Of a DNA stretch of 64,000 nucleotides, positions 41,013 to 51,613 are shown one piece after another (position 1 is the first letter of the stretch; each line of letters starts with the position of its first letter). The stretch is taken from IMG/VR virus record IMGVR_UViG_3300031998_000010. One strand, 5' to 3'. The notes beneath the pieces were generated by a model. The model had not been told where the DNA came from and made no database searches. It saw only the letters and a list, made by a program, of their open reading frames with translations. Source of the DNA: a virus (Duplodnaviria; Caudoviricetes). Both the position numbers and the translations under genes were made by a program.

Positions 41013-41726
41013 TCAAATTCCGTTAGGAAGATGAGTTCTCTTATCTCCTGTTAATTTTGCATATTTTGCTACATTTCTAATATATTGCCAAAAGAAATGT
41101 CCCTTACTTGGGGCTGCTACGAATTTCTGCCAAATCTTTGTAGGAATATCATAGTATATGTAAATATCATCAGGGCCTCCATTAGCTCCTTTGAATTGAA
41201 TCAACATATCACCTTTGTTATAATCTTTAGGTTGAAATGCATAGCTCCACAAATTAGAAGACTTTACTCTGATTAATTTCTTAATGAAATCCTTTGTAGA
41301 GAAATTAGATTTAGCAAAAATAGGTTTGCCTTTGATTAATTCACTAGACTCAATTTCAACTAATTCTACTGCTTCTAGTCCATATGTATTGAGTATTCTT
41401 TCTACTGTATCAATAAATTCTATTGTAGAATCACAATAAGTTTCATTTAAGAATTTTTCATTTTCATACAATGTTACTGTGATTGTATCAGGAGATAATT
41501 CACAGTAAATATTTATCACCTTAGATTCATCAGGAATTTTATCTGTTCTTCGATAAAAGTTCATTTCAATAGGCTCAAAGCCTAACATAGTGAGAGCCTC
41601 AATTGTATCTAAATAAAATGATTTAGAATTTTGTGAGGTCTGCATATTCTTCATCCTCCCAAGGGATTTGCATTGATTTCTTATAAGCAATTCTCTTCTT
41701 TTCAAATGCACTATAGACAGCTTCAA
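41013..41726 (-). CDS. KTSC-domain protein
   Basis: C-terminal VKSSNL..Y....IYIYYDIP..W..FVAAPSKG.FF...IR; real start probably about 27 codons downstream (MQTSQ). Confidence 0.7.
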   Translation of the reverse strand: MKLSIVHLKRRELLIRNQCKSLGRMKNMQTSQNSKSFYLDTIEALTMLGFEPIEMNFYRRTDKIPDESKVINIYCELSPDTITVTLYENEKFLNETYCDSTIEFIDTVERILNTYGLEAVELVEIESSELIKGKPIFAKSNFSTKDFIKKLIRVKSSNLWSYAFQPKDYNKGDMLIQFKGANGGPDDIYIYYDIPTKIWQKFVAAPSKGHFFWQYIRNVAKYAKLTGDKRTHLPNGI

Positions 41727-41967
41727 TGTTTGCTACATTTCTTAACGGTCCATTCATAACACTTTTCAAGATACTTCTGCGAATCGGTAAATAAGTCCGC
41801 TTATCTAATAAAAGGTATTCTTCTTGACTATTTGCAGTTGTTGGAATTTGATAAGAATACTTTATTGCAGAATATGCAATAATTTCTTTTGCTAGACTCA
41901 CCCAGCAATCATCGTCATATCTGCAGTAGAAGGGGTTATCATCTGTGTGAATACCATATACACTCAT
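41623..41967 (-). CDS. hypothetical protein
   Basis: 114 aa. Confidence 0.7.
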   Translation of the reverse strand: MSVYGIHTDDNPFYCRYDDDCWVSLAKEIIAYSAIKYSYQIPTTANSQEEYLLLDKRTYLPIRRSILKSVMNGPLRNVANIEAVYSAFEKKRIAYKKSMQIPWEDEEYADLTKF

Positions 41968-42422
41968 ATTAGTACCTCATATTTCTTGAAGTAATTTTCT
42001 ATTTTCTTATATGTGAAATCTACAAGTTTTTTCTTACAATCAGGTAAGCTGATTAAATCCTTAGGTTCAAACCTCAAATAACCTAATGTTACTTCATATT
42101 TATCAAGTAAGATAACATTTACTCGGATATATTTTCCATATGTAGTGATATTGAAATAGATATTAGCTTCATAAATATCTTCTTCAATACCATTTAATTC
42201 CTTATTGTATTCTTTCATCTGTTTCCGGAGTTCGAGAGGAATCTGATACATTATTGTAGTATAGATAATGTATTCATTCGGAGGTTCTTGTACCTTATAA
42301 ACTCCACTGAGATTTTCTTTTAAATATTTACCTAATCTTTTTATTTGTGAAGGTAAAGGAAGTCTGTTGTAATATTCTTCTCTACCGTCAAAGTGTTGTT
42401 TTGTTTTAGCATAAATTTTCAT
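41964..42422 (-). CDS. hypothetical protein (MKIYAK start)
   Basis: 152 aa, GAGG SD. Confidence 0.75.
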   Translation of the reverse strand: MKIYAKTKQHFDGREEYYNRLPLPSQIKRLGKYLKENLSGVYKVQEPPNEYIIYTTIMYQIPLELRKQMKEYNKELNGIEEDIYEANIYFNITTYGKYIRVNVILLDKYEVTLGYLRFEPKDLISLPDCKKKLVDFTYKKIENYFKKYEVLI

Positions 42423-42433
42423 ATGTTAACCTC

Positions 42434-44830
42434 TTAAGTAAATATTCCACTAATATCTTCCCAATGTCCGCCTTCTTCGTCTTCTATGAATTTATAGACA
42501 TGAGCAACTTTATGCCATTGTTGGTCGTCACAAAATTGCCAAACAGGACAATCAATACTATGCCATTTTCCATCTTTTCCAAATTGTCTAATAGGAAGTT
42601 CATACCATTTTGCATAAATAGTAATTTCTGACTCTGAAGCAGGAATTATTAGTCCTTCTTCTCTTGATACAGGTTCAATAAATGCATTATCATAATACCA
42701 ACCTTCAAAAGCATAACTTGAACGCTTAGGTATAGGCAACTGGTCATATGGTACTCTACCAACACCCCATGTTCCAAGCATGTAGAGTTGTGCACCCCAG
42801 TCGGTGTATATTACATTAGAATAATAACGAACCATGATATTAGCATTATTTGCAGGCGCAGTTTCAAATGTTAGAGTAAATTCGTCTGCTGTATAAGTTG
42901 ACGGGTCTTGTATTACATCATCTATAGCAACACTTTCTACTACTGATAAAAGTCCACGAAGTGTAAATACTGTAGTTGTTCCATCACCTTTGAGTTCATT
43001 AGAACGAGTATTATATTGCAAGTATTCAATGTCAACAATAGAACCACTAGCAGGGATAAAATTCAATGTAACTGAATTCTTATACCAAGTATATGTTCCA
43101 GGTTCCTGAACAACTCCGTCAACTTTTACTTTAAAAGCAAAATCACAAAGTTCTTCAAGAATGAATGTATTCCCTACTCCATCTCCTGTATATTGTTCAT
43201 AGAAATATACTGCCACGCCTTCAAATTTAACTTCTATTTCTGTTTCAGCTGCAGGCGCAGTTTCAAATGTAAGTGTCCTACATCTAACAGAATATGAACT
43301 TGCAGGTTGTACTTCTCCGTTAATCTTTATATACCATATAGAATAACAAGGTAAATCAAGTGTAAACTCAGTTGTACTACCATCTCCATGCAGGTCTTGA
43401 ATATACAGCAGCGGAGTGGAATCTACTTGATTGCCAGAAGGGTCTAATTCTTGATAGGAATTCGGCTTGTAATAGATTCTTAAACCGGAATCAGGGGCTG
43501 GAGCTGTTTTTAATCTGTTATTCATATGATAGTAACCGAGTTTTTCTTGTAATACAGCCATACTATCAGGAGAACCAGTTCCTCCATTGTAATCAAAATT
43601 AACTTTTTTATACCCATCAGGCATAGGATTAAGTTGCACTACGCCTGTATCCCAATAAGGTATCATATATACATCACGAGTACCGTTCTTACCTGAAGTA
43701 TCATAAGTATCTCCTGGCTGATATTTTTCACCGGCGTCACGGTATGAATAGTCAGCACCATTGTAATCAATATTTAACTGAGCGCCTTTAGGAGGTGGAG
43801 TTGGTTTAAATACTTTATTATCTATGATACCAATCGTGATACATTTTCCTTCGTAATAAGCTTGTCCAGGAAATGTTGCAGTTTCAAGAGCCCAATAATA
43901 TGGATAATTAGAATCTTTGGGAGATTGCCCAGATGTCCAATTATATAAAGTTATTGAACGTCCTCCAACTATAAGCACTACAAAATTAATCGTATCTACC
44001 CCTGAAGGTAAACTATATGCATAGTTAATATTACTTCCAGAAATGAAATGTCGAGGATATGTAGTATGTTCTCCATCACACTTTCCTATCCATTGGAAGT
44101 GGTTGTTCCTGCTATAATAAGCTTGCCAATATGCAAATCTTCTGTAAACAGTTTCACTATCTGTAAACTGAGATAAATCAAAGCTTCCACCATTTGGATA
44201 ATTGTAATATTTAACCGTAAAAGGAAATTGAGGTACCTGAGTAGATAATACAACATTTTTACCTTGTACTATGGACTGAGGGCTAGGAGCACCGGTGCCT
44301 CTACCTGGTAAATAATATATGTTATAAGAAGCAGAGGAGCTACTTCCTCCACCTCCTCCACCTCCGCTACTACCGCTTGAATAGGAAGGAATACTAACGC
44401 TCTTTGAATAAACGGTGTACCATCCGCTTGACCCAAAACAGTATTGACCATCATTTAAACAGTGGCCACCTTCTACCTGGAATTTAACTGTAACAGAACT
44501 GGATGTAGAAGAAAATGAGCCGCTAAAATCTTCATATACATTTACGGAATTTCTCCATCCTGAACCGGAAGTACTGCCTTTTGAAACTAAATTGTGTGAT
44601 GAGCTACCTACTACCAATTTACAATAGAAGGGATAATCATATCTATAACTATCAGCTGAACCTGTTGATATATCTACACCACCTACGCTCCAACTAACTG
44701 ATTTTGATGTAGAGCTGCTACGAGTAAATGTGATTTCCAAAGATACACAAATATCAGGATAATCACCTGAATTTGCTACTCCGCAACCGTGTAACTGTAT
44801 GCCTATGAATTTAGTAGAAGTTTTTGCCAT
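42434..44830 (-). CDS. tail/adhesin protein with InlB B-repeat-like segments and GDG..T.FTL repeats
   Basis: Ser/Gly linker; FDYNGGTG, Y.FEGWY..IYAKW; three GDG repeats. Confidence 0.6.
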   Translation of the reverse strand: MAKTSTKFIGIQLHGCGVANSGDYPDICVSLEITFTRSSSTSKSVSWSVGGVDISTGSADSYRYDYPFYCKLVVGSSSHNLVSKGSTSGSGWRNSVNVYEDFSGSFSSTSSSVTVKFQVEGGHCLNDGQYCFGSSGWYTVYSKSVSIPSYSSGSSGGGGGGGSSSSASYNIYYLPGRGTGAPSPQSIVQGKNVVLSTQVPQFPFTVKYYNYPNGGSFDLSQFTDSETVYRRFAYWQAYYSRNNHFQWIGKCDGEHTTYPRHFISGSNINYAYSLPSGVDTINFVVLIVGGRSITLYNWTSGQSPKDSNYPYYWALETATFPGQAYYEGKCITIGIIDNKVFKPTPPPKGAQLNIDYNGADYSYRDAGEKYQPGDTYDTSGKNGTRDVYMIPYWDTGVVQLNPMPDGYKKVNFDYNGGTGSPDSMAVLQEKLGYYHMNNRLKTAPAPDSGLRIYYKPNSYQELDPSGNQVDSTPLLYIQDLHGDGSTTEFTLDLPCYSIWYIKINGEVQPASSYSVRCRTLTFETAPAAETEIEVKFEGVAVYFYEQYTGDGVGNTFILEELCDFAFKVKVDGVVQEPGTYTWYKNSVTLNFIPASGSIVDIEYLQYNTRSNELKGDGTTTVFTLRGLLSVVESVAIDDVIQDPSTYTADEFTLTFETAPANNANIMVRYYSNVIYTDWGAQLYMLGTWGVGRVPYDQLPIPKRSSYAFEGWYYDNAFIEPVSREEGLIIPASESEITIYAKWYELPIRQFGKDGKWHSIDCPVWQFCDDQQWHKVAHVYKFIEDEEGGHWEDISGIFT

Positions 44831-44837
44831 TTAATTA

Positions 44838-46727
44838 TTACCAACCTATTCCAATGGAACCTACAGGAATATTTGTTGTACCAGGAGTTTCTGTTGCTAT
44901 GTACAATCTTAAGTTTTCTGTCTGTCCATTTGTCTTAGTATGTGTAAATTCAATATAATTAGTTCCGGTCTTAATTGACTTACCTTTGTCTACAGTTGCA
45001 ACAGATGAATTATAACTTGTTGTTTGAGTAATTCCAATTGCATCAGCACCTGCAGAAGGATTAACTGTGAGCCTTGTAGCTCCAAGATTAGTTATTGTAT
45101 TGTCATTAGTAATACCTATAGTATTAGCAGAACTTAATTCTGAACTAAATGTTGATAATCTTGTTCCTAATATATTTATGGTTTTATTATCTTTTAATGC
45201 TGTAAGCATGTCAGACCAAGAAAGTGTTCTAGAAGCCGTTGTTGCAATCTGTCCACTTGAACCTGATGTACTATAATCAACTCCGCTTGAATTTGTTAAT
45301 GCTACAAATTTTGCAATCTTAGTACTTGTAGTCAGTTTTGCAATAGGTGCATCTAAATATTCTAACTTAACAGAACTGAACCAATTATTCTCATCATTTC
45401 CATCTACAAATGAATATGTATTATTAGTTGTATTATGATAAATTGAGAAATTATTAGGAAGTAATGTACGATAATTGATTGCCTCTTCTTTTGTATTAAA
45501 GCATTTTACTGTTCCAGGGGCAGCTGTATCAACAGGGACTAACATTTGGTCTCCTGAGCTTGCTACTTTTGCGGCGTATAAAGCAGGAGGGAAGAAATTA
45601 CTTACGTCATCATCATTAACAGCAGTTGCTACTTGACTAGATGACATTCCTGGATACCAAGCTATAAGTGCATTATAACTTCCTACAAACCCTAAGTTAA
45701 TAGCAGTCACTTGTTCAGTTATTGTAGGGTCAGCAGAAAAATGCTTAACATTTATATAATAATCAAGTAAATTGATTGAATCAAAATCAATGAAGGGACT
45801 TACATTGGGCTTGTATTCAATGTAATTATTAATGTGGACCTTACTATCAATAGTAATAGGGTCACCATCACCAAAACTGCTAGCCCCTTTAGGAAGTGTT
45901 CTTGTGATATTTGTAGAAAGTGAATAAGCAGAACTTGGAACTGTAAATATGATTTTGCTTGCCCACGGAATTGTTTCAGGACCAATCATTCCACCATTCT
46001 GCCAATTATTAGCAGTAATGTCAGTAGAACCTCCAACTGCTACTCCTCCACTCGATGTAGCCCATCCTGAAATAACATCTAAGAAAGCTTTATGTTCAAA
46101 ACCTGTAAGTAAGATATAAATAGAAGTATTGATTGTTTCAGAAATATATAATCTTACTACACATCTTGAATTTGGAAAATCAGGATTGATATCATCATAA
46201 GGAGTTCCGTCACTTGTAGGAATCCACTGTGCTGTTTTTGTATAAACAATACCATCATTTATTTTTACAAATTCTGTTATTTCATCAATGTAGTCAGAAT
46301 AATCAGGATAACCATCTCTTAATATTGCCGGAATATTGTCAGGAGCAGAACCGGGATGCTTGCCTGAACCGGATACGTTACTAATAAGAGGTCCATAAGA
46401 AGTGACCTTAGTAGCAAAATTACAAGTAGGGTCACCTCCAGGTTGGTCACATGCGATATCGCATTCACCTATGAATAAGCTTCCAATGATTACTCCGGCT
46501 GCAGTAAGTTTAGAATCTGCAGGTAAAGGATAATCAATATATCCTTTAGGAGTATTTGCGTCTACTCGAAGAATCATTGATGTGCCCTTGCACACCATTT
46601 CAGTCAACCATTCATGTTCATCAGGAATATCTTCGGGTGAAATTCCATGAGCAATTGCATCTCTTGCAAATATTTCCCAAGCAGAAAACCCGACTACTCT
46701 TCCTTCATTATATAATTCTTGAGCCAT
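44838..46727 (-). CDS. virion structural/tail-associated protein
   Basis: 629 aa, Thr/Ser/Gly-rich; C-terminal LYIATETP..PVGSIGIGW typical of tail fibre ends. Confidence 0.55.
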   Translation of the reverse strand: MAQELYNEGRVVGFSAWEIFARDAIAHGISPEDIPDEHEWLTEMVCKGTSMILRVDANTPKGYIDYPLPADSKLTAAGVIIGSLFIGECDIACDQPGGDPTCNFATKVTSYGPLISNVSGSGKHPGSAPDNIPAILRDGYPDYSDYIDEITEFVKINDGIVYTKTAQWIPTSDGTPYDDINPDFPNSRCVVRLYISETINTSIYILLTGFEHKAFLDVISGWATSSGGVAVGGSTDITANNWQNGGMIGPETIPWASKIIFTVPSSAYSLSTNITRTLPKGASSFGDGDPITIDSKVHINNYIEYKPNVSPFIDFDSINLLDYYINVKHFSADPTITEQVTAINLGFVGSYNALIAWYPGMSSSQVATAVNDDDVSNFFPPALYAAKVASSGDQMLVPVDTAAPGTVKCFNTKEEAINYRTLLPNNFSIYHNTTNNTYSFVDGNDENNWFSSVKLEYLDAPIAKLTTSTKIAKFVALTNSSGVDYSTSGSSGQIATTASRTLSWSDMLTALKDNKTINILGTRLSTFSSELSSANTIGITNDNTITNLGATRLTVNPSAGADAIGITQTTSYNSSVATVDKGKSIKTGTNYIEFTHTKTNGQTENLRLYIATETPGTTNIPVGSIGIGW

Positions 46728-46740
46728 TATTCATACTCCT

Positions 46741-49700
46741 TTAGATTGTTGGTTTTGTATATCTAACTGTGATGTAAGCAGTAGCATTAGCTAATGCAGT
46801 ACCTGCAAGATATGTAATATTTGTTCCATCTATCTTAATGCACAATTCTTCATCTCCAGCAGTCGAATCATAAGCAGAAATCATTCCACTATATGCAACA
46901 TTAGAAGATGTATAACTTGTAAATCCTTCTTTAATAAAGATGATATTAGCAGAAATTCCATGTGCTACAGTCTGTGAAGATGATGCTGACAATGAACTGA
47001 GAGTTAATGTTTGTTCATATAATGTAGTACCATCTGCCCAAGTACCTACAACTTTTTCTCCTGAAGAATAAATATCATGATACTTCACTAACTCGGTTAC
47101 ACGAATTGAATCCCAATGCGTAGGGTCAAATGCTTCTTGAGCAGTAATTGCTGTATTACACCTATAGAGCTGTGTTGTATCACCATCATAATAAATTACA
47201 TAATCTCCAATTGAGTATGCTAAAGTATAAGTTACAACTATTTCATCATCAACAGCCGGAGCAGATGTAAATGTAATCTTATTTGTTGTGTCATCAAAAG
47301 TATAATCTGATGTTTCCGCACCTGCTACTTTGACCGATGTAATTCCTGATGCAACTTTCGTGAGGGTGAATTCGGTAGTAGAACCATCTCCTGTGAAAGT
47401 ATCGCTTACATTCTCATTGTAATTAGATGCTACGCACGAATTTGATAACTTAGATGCAAGATTAGACTGAATGGGATTAATTCTTGTATTTGTATAGGAC
47501 ATTACCGCACTATTTGTAGGAACATTCTCTGTATTATAGAACGGGTCTTGTACCTTATATGTAATTCCTATTTTAGAAGCAATATATTCATAATATGTGT
47601 CTAATGCAAATGTAGGCGCAATTAATGTTCTTGTGAAATAATCTGTATAATTTGTATCCCAGTCTGCAGGCTTATAATCCAATTCAGTATATGTGCCACC
47701 ATCATACTTCCAAATGTTATCCATAACTTCATCCCAGTTAGGATTATTATTTGAAGTATACTGTGCAGCACCTTCTACAGCAACATATTCATCATCTACT
47801 TTTGTGAAATAATCAGAATAGTTATCTTCCCAATCATCAGGTTCTGTTGTAAGAAGATTGTAATAAGGAACGACTGGAGCCGATGTAAATGTTATTGTAT
47901 AATTAGTTGAATCAAAGGTATAATCTACATTTTCAACTTGAACAACTCCATCAAGTGTTACCTCAAGGAGTTCTTCAATTGGTGAATAATTGATTACAAA
48001 AGTTGTAGTTACACCATCTCCTGTGAATTCATCAGTTATAGTTACTATTGTTTGTTCAACAGTACTTGAAGTTTCAACAAAAGCAGAAGTTCCCAATGAT
48101 TTTCCATCAAATGTTTTATTTGTCATATTCTGATACGAAGTAGTATCTATGAGTTGATTATCATTTGCATAAAGCATATTATTCAATACATATACTCTGT
48201 TATTTGAATATGTTATAGGGCTTGTTGAACCGCCATTCTGTGTCTTTGCACCGATGAGATACAGGATTTCTACTTCAGGTGAATTGTATTCAACAATAAT
48301 ATTAGCCTCATCAGCAGGGGCTGTGTTAAATATGATTTGATTTGAAGTACTATCATAAGTATAAGCTGTCGTTTCTACTGTATCTATTGTTATAGAAATA
48401 ATTTCGGCTACAGAATATTCAAGTGTGAATGCTGTTGTAGTTCCATCACCTGTGAATGCTTCAGTATTTTGTATGCCATATTGTACTTGAGACGAACCGG
48501 CTGTATCTTTTGTATCTGTATTAGCAGACGCTGCCCAAGTACCGTCTGCTCTTAATGAATAACTAGCATCTGCAACTAAAGGAGAAGGGACTAATCCCGC
48601 TTCTGTTGTACTAAATATTTCTCCCCAGTCACCATCGCCTCTTAAGAAGTAATTCATTTCACCGGCTGCAGCAGCAGGAACTAATCCTGCTTCACCGGCA
48701 GCAATAGCAGTAGCACCTTGATAATCATTTACAGGAACAGAATCCCAAGTGCCATCACCTTTAAGGAACTTGGCAGTCTCTCCAGCACCAGAAGGCTTAG
48801 GTACAAGACCATCTGCAGAAGGAGTAAATACTGAATAATCAGAAATAGGTAATTGTACTGTTTTTGATGTATTACCATCAGCAGAAGTTAATGTTAATCC
48901 TACTCCTGTAGTATAGTCTACATCTGCATAATATGTAGCGTCAATCTGATTTCCGGCACTATCATTTGTTGCACTGTCAGCTGATGTAGCCGTTCCAATT
49001 GATATATTTGCTTTATCAACCCACCCAGAACCTGTCAGTACTAAATCAGCTAAAGTTCCACCCGAAGCCGCAGGAACTATTCCTGCTTGTAAACTAGTAA
49101 ATTGAGAATAGACATGGTCTGATACTCTAACTACTTTTGTATTTCCATTTCCTAATGTAAATGTAAGAGCAGAGCCTAAATCAGAAGATGCATTACTGCT
49201 GACATCATGAAGATAATAATCAGTTATTGTATGATTACTACTATCCTTCATTGCACTAGTTGCACTTGTTGCTGTAGTAGCAGAATTTGCACTTGTTGCT
49301 GTAGTAGCAGAACCATCAATATCTGCATGAATCTTTCCAGTAGTTGTGATATAAATATCAGGTGTCTTTAATAAAGTTCCTGTCCAGGTATCTTGTTGAG
49401 CACTTGCTACAAGGTAGGCTTTTGTATTCCAAGGACTTTGCTTAACAGACTGAACTTGAGAATCTGATACTTCAGCATTATTGAATACTGGATAAAATTC
49501 GCTATTGTCTTCATTCCAGCAGTAACCTGTGGTAGCATTTCCTTCTGTTACTACAAATATTGTATCTCTTTCGTGTCTAGCATTTGCTAAATTTTCTACA
49601 TATTCAATAGCACTAGCTTTTCTTCTAACAACAGACTGACCACTTCCTGCAGGATTTCCTACATCATAATATAATCCATCTGTATCAGAAAGTGAAATTA

Positions 49701-49779
49701 CATTTCCTTCAACTAATGGAACTGTAGATAATTCATCAAATGTTGTAACATAATATTTTCTTTGAATACTTGTCGGCAT
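46741..49779 (-). CDS. tail fibre protein
   Basis: ATSA repeats, GLVP..FLRGDG.W repeats, three FTGDG.TT.F domains. Confidence 0.7.
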   Translation of the reverse strand: MPTSIQRKYYVTTFDELSTVPLVEGNVISLSDTDGLYYDVGNPAGSGQSVVRRKASAIEYVENLANARHERDTIFVVTEGNATTGYCWNEDNSEFYPVFNNAEVSDSQVQSVKQSPWNTKAYLVASAQQDTWTGTLLKTPDIYITTTGKIHADIDGSATTATSANSATTATSATSAMKDSSNHTITDYYLHDVSSNASSDLGSALTFTLGNGNTKVVRVSDHVYSQFTSLQAGIVPAASGGTLADLVLTGSGWVDKANISIGTATSADSATNDSAGNQIDATYYADVDYTTGVGLTLTSADGNTSKTVQLPISDYSVFTPSADGLVPKPSGAGETAKFLKGDGTWDSVPVNDYQGATAIAAGEAGLVPAAAAGEMNYFLRGDGDWGEIFSTTEAGLVPSPLVADASYSLRADGTWAASANTDTKDTAGSSQVQYGIQNTEAFTGDGTTTAFTLEYSVAEIISITIDTVETTAYTYDSTSNQIIFNTAPADEANIIVEYNSPEVEILYLIGAKTQNGGSTSPITYSNNRVYVLNNMLYANDNQLIDTTSYQNMTNKTFDGKSLGTSAFVETSSTVEQTIVTITDEFTGDGVTTTFVINYSPIEELLEVTLDGVVQVENVDYTFDSTNYTITFTSAPVVPYYNLLTTEPDDWEDNYSDYFTKVDDEYVAVEGAAQYTSNNNPNWDEVMDNIWKYDGGTYTELDYKPADWDTNYTDYFTRTLIAPTFALDTYYEYIASKIGITYKVQDPFYNTENVPTNSAVMSYTNTRINPIQSNLASKLSNSCVASNYNENVSDTFTGDGSTTEFTLTKVASGITSVKVAGAETSDYTFDDTTNKITFTSAPAVDDEIVVTYTLAYSIGDYVIYYDGDTTQLYRCNTAITAQEAFDPTHWDSIRVTELVKYHDIYSSGEKVVGTWADGTTLYEQTLTLSSLSASSSQTVAHGISANIIFIKEGFTSYTSSNVAYSGMISAYDSTAGDEELCIKIDGTNITYLAGTALANATAYITVRYTKPTI

Positions 49780-49813
49780 TTAAGTGACCTCGCAATGTAT
49801 TTTTACATAAAAA

Positions 49814-49846
49814 TATGAATGTGTAATTAAACCTTACACATTCATA
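49814..49846 (-). terminator. 13-bp hairpin + U-rich tail
   Basis: TATGAATGTGTAA-N7-TTACACATTCATA TTTTT. Confidence 0.55.
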
Positions 49847-49873
49847 AAAGGTTATGAGGCCACTAAATATCAG

Positions 49874-50113
49874 TTACCAATCCTCAAAATCTGGTTCGTA
49901 TTTTGATAATTTCTTATGTGTGATATATAACTTCTTACGAAGTTCATCATTTTGTCTAACTAAGTCAGTATTGTCTTTGATAATAGTTTCATTATTCTGT
50001 TCAGACTCAAATAACTGATTCTTTAAGCTATGTACTTCAAAGTGAGTAGAAATCCTAGCAAATAAAATTCCTAATATTAAGCATAAGATTCCAATGATTA
50101 TTTTATCAACCAT
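49874..50113 (-). CDS. small membrane-anchored coiled-coil protein
   Basis: N-terminal TM helix, heptads. Confidence 0.65.
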   Translation of the reverse strand: MVDKIIIGILCLILGILFARISTHFEVHSLKNQLFESEQNNETIIKDNTDLVRQNDELRKKLYITHKKLSKYEPDFEDW

Positions 50114-50114
50114 A

Positions 50115-51596
50115 TCATTTAAACAACCTTTCGTAATTTTCTTTCCAAGGAAGATTAGATTCTAATTGTCTACATATTGCAAATACTTTGTCGTCTTCAT
50201 ATCTCTTTCCAATAACTTGTAATCCAATAGGAAGTCCTTCATTTGAAAGTCCGATTGGAATAGAAGCAGCCGGAGTTCCTATCATATTTTCTAAATAAGT
50301 ATAGCCGAATCCAATAAGTGGGTCAACTTTTTCATTCTTGATATATTCAGGTCCCTTTGTATCAAAATCATCTGAATTCTTAACAGGTAAACAACCTGTG
50401 ACAGGGGCTAGTATTATATCATAGTTATCAAATATGTCATAATGTGCATCAAGTATATTTGTCCTGATTTCATGAAATTTTCTATAATCTAGCATACTTG
50501 ATTTTAGAGCAATGTTATTCCATGTTATAAAAGCCTCAGGCAATTCTTCTGCATAATCACGAAGTAAATCAAATCCATTTTGCCTATCAATTTCACAATC
50601 TATAGCAGTGTCAATGCATATTCCACGTAACCATGCATTTTCAAGTTCTTCCCTTGAATATTTGAACTTAAATGTAACAGGTTCAATTTCGTATCCGAGT
50701 GAACGAAGTACTTCAAATGAATTAATCATTGCTTCTTTGATTTCGTCTTCAGGGTCTGCAAATATATTGAAATCAAAAGTATATCCAATCTTGAATTTAC
50801 GACCTTCGACTACAGTTAATCTTGAAATTATATTTCTCACTAAATCAGGAGGAGTAGGAACACTGATAGGGTCTCTAGGGTCATACTTTATCATTGCAGA
50901 AAGAACATTTGCAGCATCGGCTACTGTTCTTGTTATTGGACCTCCACAACAATAGGGATGTGTAGCTGTCCATGCATCTGGTCTGCATACACTTGGAACT
51001 AATCCAGCTGAAGGTTTGAATCCAAAACATCCGCACCATGCAGCAGGAATTCTAATTGAACCTCCAGCATCTCCGCCTTCTGCGATTGCAAGAAGACCTG
51101 AAGCAACTGCTGATGCACTACCTCCTGAAGAACCTCCTGAATTATATCCTATCTTAAAAGGAGTAGATGTAGGTCCATACATCTTATTATCTGTTGTTCC
51201 TCTAAATCCAAATGCTGGTGCATTAGTTTTACCAATTACAATAGCACCTAATTTTTCCATTGCTTTGCATATTTCAGAATCATAATCGTCAGGACATACA
51301 AGGCAGTTAACGCCTCCGTGAGAAGATAACCACCCTTTCTTAGACGGCAAGAAATCCTTTAAACCAACAGGAACTCCTGCAAAGGGTCCGACGTATTCAT
51401 TCTTTGCAATTTTTTCTTCAATCTCTTTTGCACGAATTCTAGCAATTTCAAATTTAGTATATACAATAGCATTGATTTTAGGATTGATTTCTGCAATCCT
51501 CTTTTCATATGCATCAAGAATCTCTGTAGGCTTGATTTTCTTTGATGTAACTAAATTACCTAATTCTAATGCAGAACAATAGAAAATATCTTTCAT
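50115..51596 (-). CDS. amidase-signature family enzyme (GatA-like fold)
   Basis: GVPVGLKD, GKTN, GGSSGGSA, GGSIRIPAAWCG; intact Lys-Ser-Ser triad. Confidence 0.92.
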   Translation of the reverse strand: MKDIFYCSALELGNLVTSKKIKPTEILDAYEKRIAEINPKINAIVYTKFEIARIRAKEIEEKIAKNEYVGPFAGVPVGLKDFLPSKKGWLSSHGGVNCLVCPDDYDSEICKAMEKLGAIVIGKTNAPAFGFRGTTDNKMYGPTSTPFKIGYNSGGSSGGSASAVASGLLAIAEGGDAGGSIRIPAAWCGCFGFKPSAGLVPSVCRPDAWTATHPYCCGGPITRTVADAANVLSAMIKYDPRDPISVPTPPDLVRNIISRLTVVEGRKFKIGYTFDFNIFADPEDEIKEAMINSFEVLRSLGYEIEPVTFKFKYSREELENAWLRGICIDTAIDCEIDRQNGFDLLRDYAEELPEAFITWNNIALKSSMLDYRKFHEIRTNILDAHYDIFDNYDIILAPVTGCLPVKNSDDFDTKGPEYIKNEKVDPLIGFGYTYLENMIGTPAASIPIGLSNEGLPIGLQVIGKRYEDDKVFAICRQLESNLPWKENYERLFK

Positions 51597-51613
51597 TATT
51601 ATTTTCTCCTAAG

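Noticed and set aside
50115-51596. Amidase as endolysin or as GatA of a GatCAB complex
   Set aside because: Amidase-signature fold is unrelated to peptidoglycan amidases; no gatB/gatC in the window.
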